Shown piece after piece: positions 59,516 through 64,000 of a DNA stretch of 64,000 nt. The notes beneath the pieces were generated by a model, which was not told the DNA's origin, made no database searches, and saw only the letters and a program-made list of their open reading frames with translations. Every line of letters starts with the position of its first letter. Position 1 is the first letter of the stretch. This stretch comes from Callorhinchus milii (taxonomy: Eukaryota): assembly GCF_018977255.1 (NCBI RefSeq), contig NW_024704743.1:12960001-13024000 (forward strand), given 5' to 3'. The position numbers were made by a program, and so were the translations under genes.

Positions 59516-60163
59516 ATAAACATTTGTACTGGATACAATTAAGTACTTCTAAATACAATTATCATCATTCTTCCACATATTTCAGTTGTTGGTCAGTGAA
59601 CTGTAGAGAAAAAACATGGAGATAACAGGACTTTGTGGACAGCCTGTAGATTGTGTTAGAGTAGAGCTCCTTTTGATTGGTGTCCATACACTTCTGGTTA
59701 CCAAAGGAATTCCCCTATTTGCTACTAGGAGTTGTTGGTACGCAATCTGCACTCCCCACTCCTTAGATCTTGCCAACTGTGCCTAATATTCTCCAAGACT
59801 AGGTAAGAAAGGTGTCCCCCTCTTGAAAAGAGTGTGTATTCCATATCCAGACATACAATACCATATACATAGTTTGGTTAAGAGAGTTATGTCAGGTGAT
59901 GGGTTTCCACGTGTCAGATATCCAGCTGACCAACAAAAGAATATGCCTTGCAGCCTTAATGCTCGTCTTTTAACCTCAGGGTCTTTTGCATTTCCTCTGA
60001 ATTTAAGCTGCTTTCCACATAAGGAAATAACTGGAGAGATCAGAGCTTGTGCTGATCATTATAGGTCTTGAAGTATTGACACTGATTATTAGGTTTCTAA
60101 GGTCCATCTTTCTCTCCCTCATCCTCTGAAGTGGTAATATCATGTTAGATCACTGCTCAACCT

Positions 60164-60478
60164 GTGGAGTCCTGTAGCTCAGTGGTTAGAGCACTCGCTT
60201 TGCAAGTGAGAGACCTGAGTTCAATTCCAGGCAGGGCAAAACCTTGGGCAAGTTTCCTTACTCCACACTCCACATCCCTCCAAAACCAAAAATAATAATA
60301 AATTGGTCATTTACAATCCACGACTGTTTGTGGGACATTGCTGTGCGCAATTGGCTGCCGCGTTCGCCCACAAATATACAGTCAATTCACTTTACAGTGT
60401 GTTCTGTGAAGCGCTTTGGGACGTCCTCCCGACGTGAAAAGCGCTATACCAAATGCAAGGATTATTATTATTATTATT
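60164..60478 (+). mobile_element. Full-length young tRNA(Ala)-headed SINE
   Basis: Near-identical to the 41611 and 33056 copies. Confidence 0.95.
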
Positions 60479-60550
60479 AAGGGAGAACCCAGGTTGATTT
60501 TCTCCTAAGAGATGAAATGCTGAAGCCAATTGTAATAATAATAATGCTTA

Positions 60551-61047
60551 GATTACGCACTCGCTTCACAAGCAGGAGAACCTGGGTTTGATTCCTGGAC
60601 AGGGTGAAACGTTGGCCAAGTTTCCTTAGGATTATTATTATTATATATATTATTGCTCAACACGCCTCTGTTTACCTAGCAGTAAGTAATAATAATCCTT
60701 GAATTTGATATAGCACTTTTCACATCTTCTAGACGTCTCAAAGCGCTTCACAGAATAGATTTAAAGTGAATTGACTGTTTATTTGTTTATTTGATTGTTT
60801 TGTTTGAGGGATTATTATCGGGCATGTAGAGTAAGGAAACCCTGGGTTTCGCCCTGCTGGGAATCGAACCCAGGTCTCTCGCTTGCCAGGCAAGTGCTCT
60901 AACCATTGAGCTACAGGATTCCACAAAGTAGGAACCCAGTCGTTAGTCAATTGGCAGATCGCTTTTCCGGGGGTAATCATTCCTTCAAAAAAAAATTGGT
61001 CACTTCAATCCACGACCGATTGTGGGACACTGCTGTGCACAATTGCC
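60551..61047. mobile_element. Older long-subfamily SINE (+) interrupted by an internally deleted short-subfamily SINE (-, 60687-60924)
   Basis: Host breaks at cagtaagta and resumes at aagtaggaacccag (aagta repeated); the insert is the reverse complement of the young SINE lacking its middle. Confidence 0.8.
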
Positions 61048-62215
61048 TGAGAAGTCTCAAAGAACTGATAAGGAGCTATATATAATAATAATCATTGCCC
61101 TTGATATAACACATTTCACATTGGGAGCACCTCTCAAATTGTAGAGCTCTAAATGCTACCTAAATCAGCACAGACGAAACTCAGGACCACCTTGATCTAA
61201 ATAACTGATCTGGGCATTGCACACACCAACCAAGGCACCAACTGTTGGCAGTTGTTAAAACTGCTCAGTAATTTTGCTGAGAGTTTTAATTGTTTTCGAC
61301 ACAACTGTTTACTGTCGCTAAATAGCCTTTGCGTGTACTTAGATTAGAAAAAGGTCAAGTACAATGTTGGTTAAATCAAGCAGAGTGGTTTTATCAACAA
61401 CTCAGGAATCAGTAGCCATCTGATAAGATGGATTTTAAAGTGCCTTGAAAGTGATTTACTTAACAGCCTATAATTGATGTTAGGTTAATAAAGCAATATC
61501 ACTGCTTAACATTAAACAGAAACATCGCTGATGTATTCAGTGTCTGCTGGAGATAACGGTGAGCAAAGAAATTGAGTAATAATCTCTTGTTTTGCCTTCT
61601 GTAGATTTACATGGGCAGCTGCTAATTGATATCTAAATTGTGTTCCATTTCATTCATTAGCAGCTCAGCAGAATGTTACTGGGTTCTGCAGGGTTTAGAC
61701 TCCAAACAATAAAGGGTGCACTCTATTCAGTGTGCACGGATGGAGGCTTTTCAATAATCCTCTTTTTTTCTTAGCTACCACATGCTCAGTCATTGGGGAA
61801 AATTGGACAGCTTTGAATTTTTCACATACCAAAGAAAGGGGATTTCACTTGTTTTCTGTAAACATACGTGAATAAAGTCAGGAACACCTCTTAAAATTGC
61901 TACCATTGCATCGTCGACAAGACCAATCATATCCTGCATGTGCTCTTCCAGCAGTTACCCGGGGGTAGATCAGGAGAAAGAACCCTGGCTGATTTTTCCC
62001 CTTTTCCATCCCTAACACCAATTGTAGGACCCTAACCGCTAATTCAATGATCAGCTAACCTTCCAGGGTACGTGGCTTACTGCTGCTCTTTCCAAAAGAA
62101 ACCCTTATAATACCTTCATTTCTGCTCGCTACGTTTACCCAAAATACAAACCGAAGGGAGAAAAGAGGAAAATAAATAAAGCAATTTCTGTCAACAAAGA
62201 ACTCATTTGATCATG

Positions 62216-62221
62216 TTTATT
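62216..62221 (-). terminator. HIVEP1: Probable HIVEP1 polyadenylation signal AATAAA
   Basis: tttatt on + strand about 515 nt after the stop codon, followed on the minus strand by U-rich sequence. Confidence 0.65.
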
Positions 62222-62735
62222 CTAGAGAGATAGTTTCCCTGGATGTAAACCTACTCCCTTGCACATGAAAGAATTGGTCATGTGCCAAGACCACAAAATG
62301 GATACAATAAATATAAATGAGTATACAATCTACGCCTGTACACAGAAACACTGCCCCATAGCCATAGAAATTTACATTATCAGTGCAACATGTAGTTTCT
62401 TTCTTACTATGACACCACACATTGTAATTTTTAAAAAAAAATCATTTAGTAAGCACAAGCGACTACTTTTCATATATTTTATAGTCTGTACAATTCCTAA
62501 ACGAGAAACTTGAAAGGCACAATTGTCTATACAACATGTACAAAAATGGCTGGAGCGGACGAGAAAAAAAAGACATTGTTCATCTTATAAGTTGGTCTTA
62601 AGTTTACGATTGCACAAACATGAATATCTATATCAGAAAGTGTGCTTTCAGGAAAAGAGTTTGTACAGTTAAAAAACATTAATTGTTTGTTTTTTAAATG
62701 TCAAGTGATAGCATGAAAAGGTCCTGCTGAAATCT

Positions 62736-63884
62736 TCATGTTGCTATTACTAGTCTGTCCTCATCATCACTGCTGACATCACTGTATTGTACAGTGACTC
62801 GTCGCTGGGTAGTTCCCACAGGCTTCGATACAATTCTTTCTGGGGAAGCAGCCTGGCGGACTGGAGACTTGGTCACTTCTGCAGAGTATCCCTTTAAGCC
62901 TTGCCCTGTGTCAGAGTCTGTTGTGGCAGATTTGTTATTGTGTGGCTGACGATGGCTGGTTTTGCTGATTCCATCGGCTTGAGACCTTTGCCTTTCTCCG
63001 GTTTTATGTGGCTGTCCGTGTTCCGAGGCGACAGAAGTGTCTGACACGTCCTTGGGACAACAAGCTTGAATTCGAGGAGAAACCTGAGGGGATAATGTGC
63101 AGGTTATCTGGCTAACGTGAACTGTAACAGGAAGGCTAATGGGAATCTGTTCTGACCTTGTTTGACAAAGTTTGTTGGTAAAATGAGTCTCAGTACTTTG
63201 ACCCATTTCTCCCAACATTGATGGCATAAAAGCTGGTGGTGCCATGTTCAGTATTTGTGCTCCTGGGCTAGGGGTACTTCGATTCTGTGGGTTGGTGGTT
63301 AGCATTTGAAGGCCAACAGAGTTAAGTGCAAGGCCTGAAGGGTTTATCTGTGGACCGAGATTTGAACTCGATAAAATGTTTAATGTCTCCAGGCCCAAAG
63401 GCTCAACAGTTTGTAAACTTGAGGTGTTCATACTGTGCAAACCACACACACTGACTTGGCCAAAAGGAATACATGGCAAAACTGTATTCATCTCCGAAAC
63501 ACCTAAAGATTTGGCCGTGGCCTCTGTTTGCAGGGCCTCGTCGCAGGAAGGGCTTGTTGTCCTGTGGATAACACTGACAGCAGGGATGGTGAGCTGCACT
63601 GGTCCAGCCTGGATGGGTACAAATGTAGAGTAAGCAGCTAGGCCAGCAGGAACTAATTGTATGCCCCCTACTGGCACCATGCTGTATGGCATTCTGCTCT
63701 GCTGTCGGGAATGAAGGGGGAGGTGGCTGAAGATGTTCATTGGTGGCTCCTCATCTGATACCTCGTACTGTAGCCCCACAGACTTGCGGGAGCTGGAGGC
63801 AGGAGAGAGAGATGCTGTCAGAGGATCATTAGTCCAAGCCGACCCTAGTTGCGGATGTGGCGACAGGCGGATTGAGCATGGTAC
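62736..63884 (-). CDS. HIVEP1: HIVEP1 (Schnurri-1 / ZAS1) final coding exon; upstream exons lie outside the window
   Basis: FSHLPLHSRQQSRMPYSMVPVGGI...STFVPIQAGPVQLTIPAVSVIHRT and the C-terminus SDVSSDDEDRLVIAT* match HIVEP1; acceptor ttctcAG at 63885-63886, phase 0; neighbour of EDN1. Confidence 0.93.
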   Translation of the reverse strand, partial: VPCSIRLSPHPQLGSAWTNDPLTASLSPASSSRKSVGLQYEVSDEEPPMNIFSHLPLHSRQQSRMPYSMVPVGGIQLVPAGLAAYSTFVPIQAGPVQLTIPAVSVIHRTTSPSCDEALQTEATAKSLGVSEMNTVLPCIPFGQVSVCGLHSMNTSSLQTVEPLGLETLNILSSSNLGPQINPSGLALNSVGLQMLTTNPQNRSTPSPGAQILNMAPPAFMPSMLGEMGQSTETHFTNKLCQTRSEQIPISLPVTVHVSQITCTLSPQVSPRIQACCPKDVSDTSVASEHGQPHKTGERQRSQADGISKTSHRQPHNNKSATTDSDTGQGLKGYSAEVTKSPVRQAASPERIVSKPVGTTQRRVTVQYSDVSSDDEDRLVIAT

Positions 63885-64000
63885 CTGAGAACAAACAGAG
63901 ACAAACATTACATTTCCACAAAGATAATAACAATACTGGCATTCGATATATACTGGCATTCGATATAGCACCTTATCATGTCGTCAAGACATCTCAAAGT

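Noticed and set aside
63885..63971. First 29 codons of the 411-aa HIVEP1 ORF
   Set aside because: They lie upstream of the splice acceptor and overlap a SINE tail with a 17-bp tandem duplication.

Overview
Vertebrate genomic DNA, most likely from a cartilaginous fish; the CR1/L2/Deu-SINE/Penelope repeat mix suggests a chimaera such as the elephant shark (inference, no search run). Two protein-coding genes lie on the minus strand in the same order as at human 6p24: the last coding exon and 3' UTR of HIVEP1 (~62200-63884) and, about 42 kb downstream, a complete five-exon preproendothelin-1 gene (EDN1; CDS 15211-20140, 222 aa predicted). Its proximal promoter retains GATA, AP-1, SOX, FOX and TATA motifs like the mammalian one. 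The rest is non-coding and dense with fragmented CR1 and L2 LINEs, two tRNA-headed SINE families sharing an L2 tail, Penelope remnants (one with a decayed hammerhead-like core), a fossil Harbinger Myb/SANT ORF and several MITEs. I see no clearly new gene system. The most unusual signal is a recurring set of 34-170 bp near-identical local copies, direct or inverted and placed 0.3-1 kb from their partner, which suggests template-switch repair. Family names and human comparisons are from recall, not database searches; repeat boundaries are approximate.
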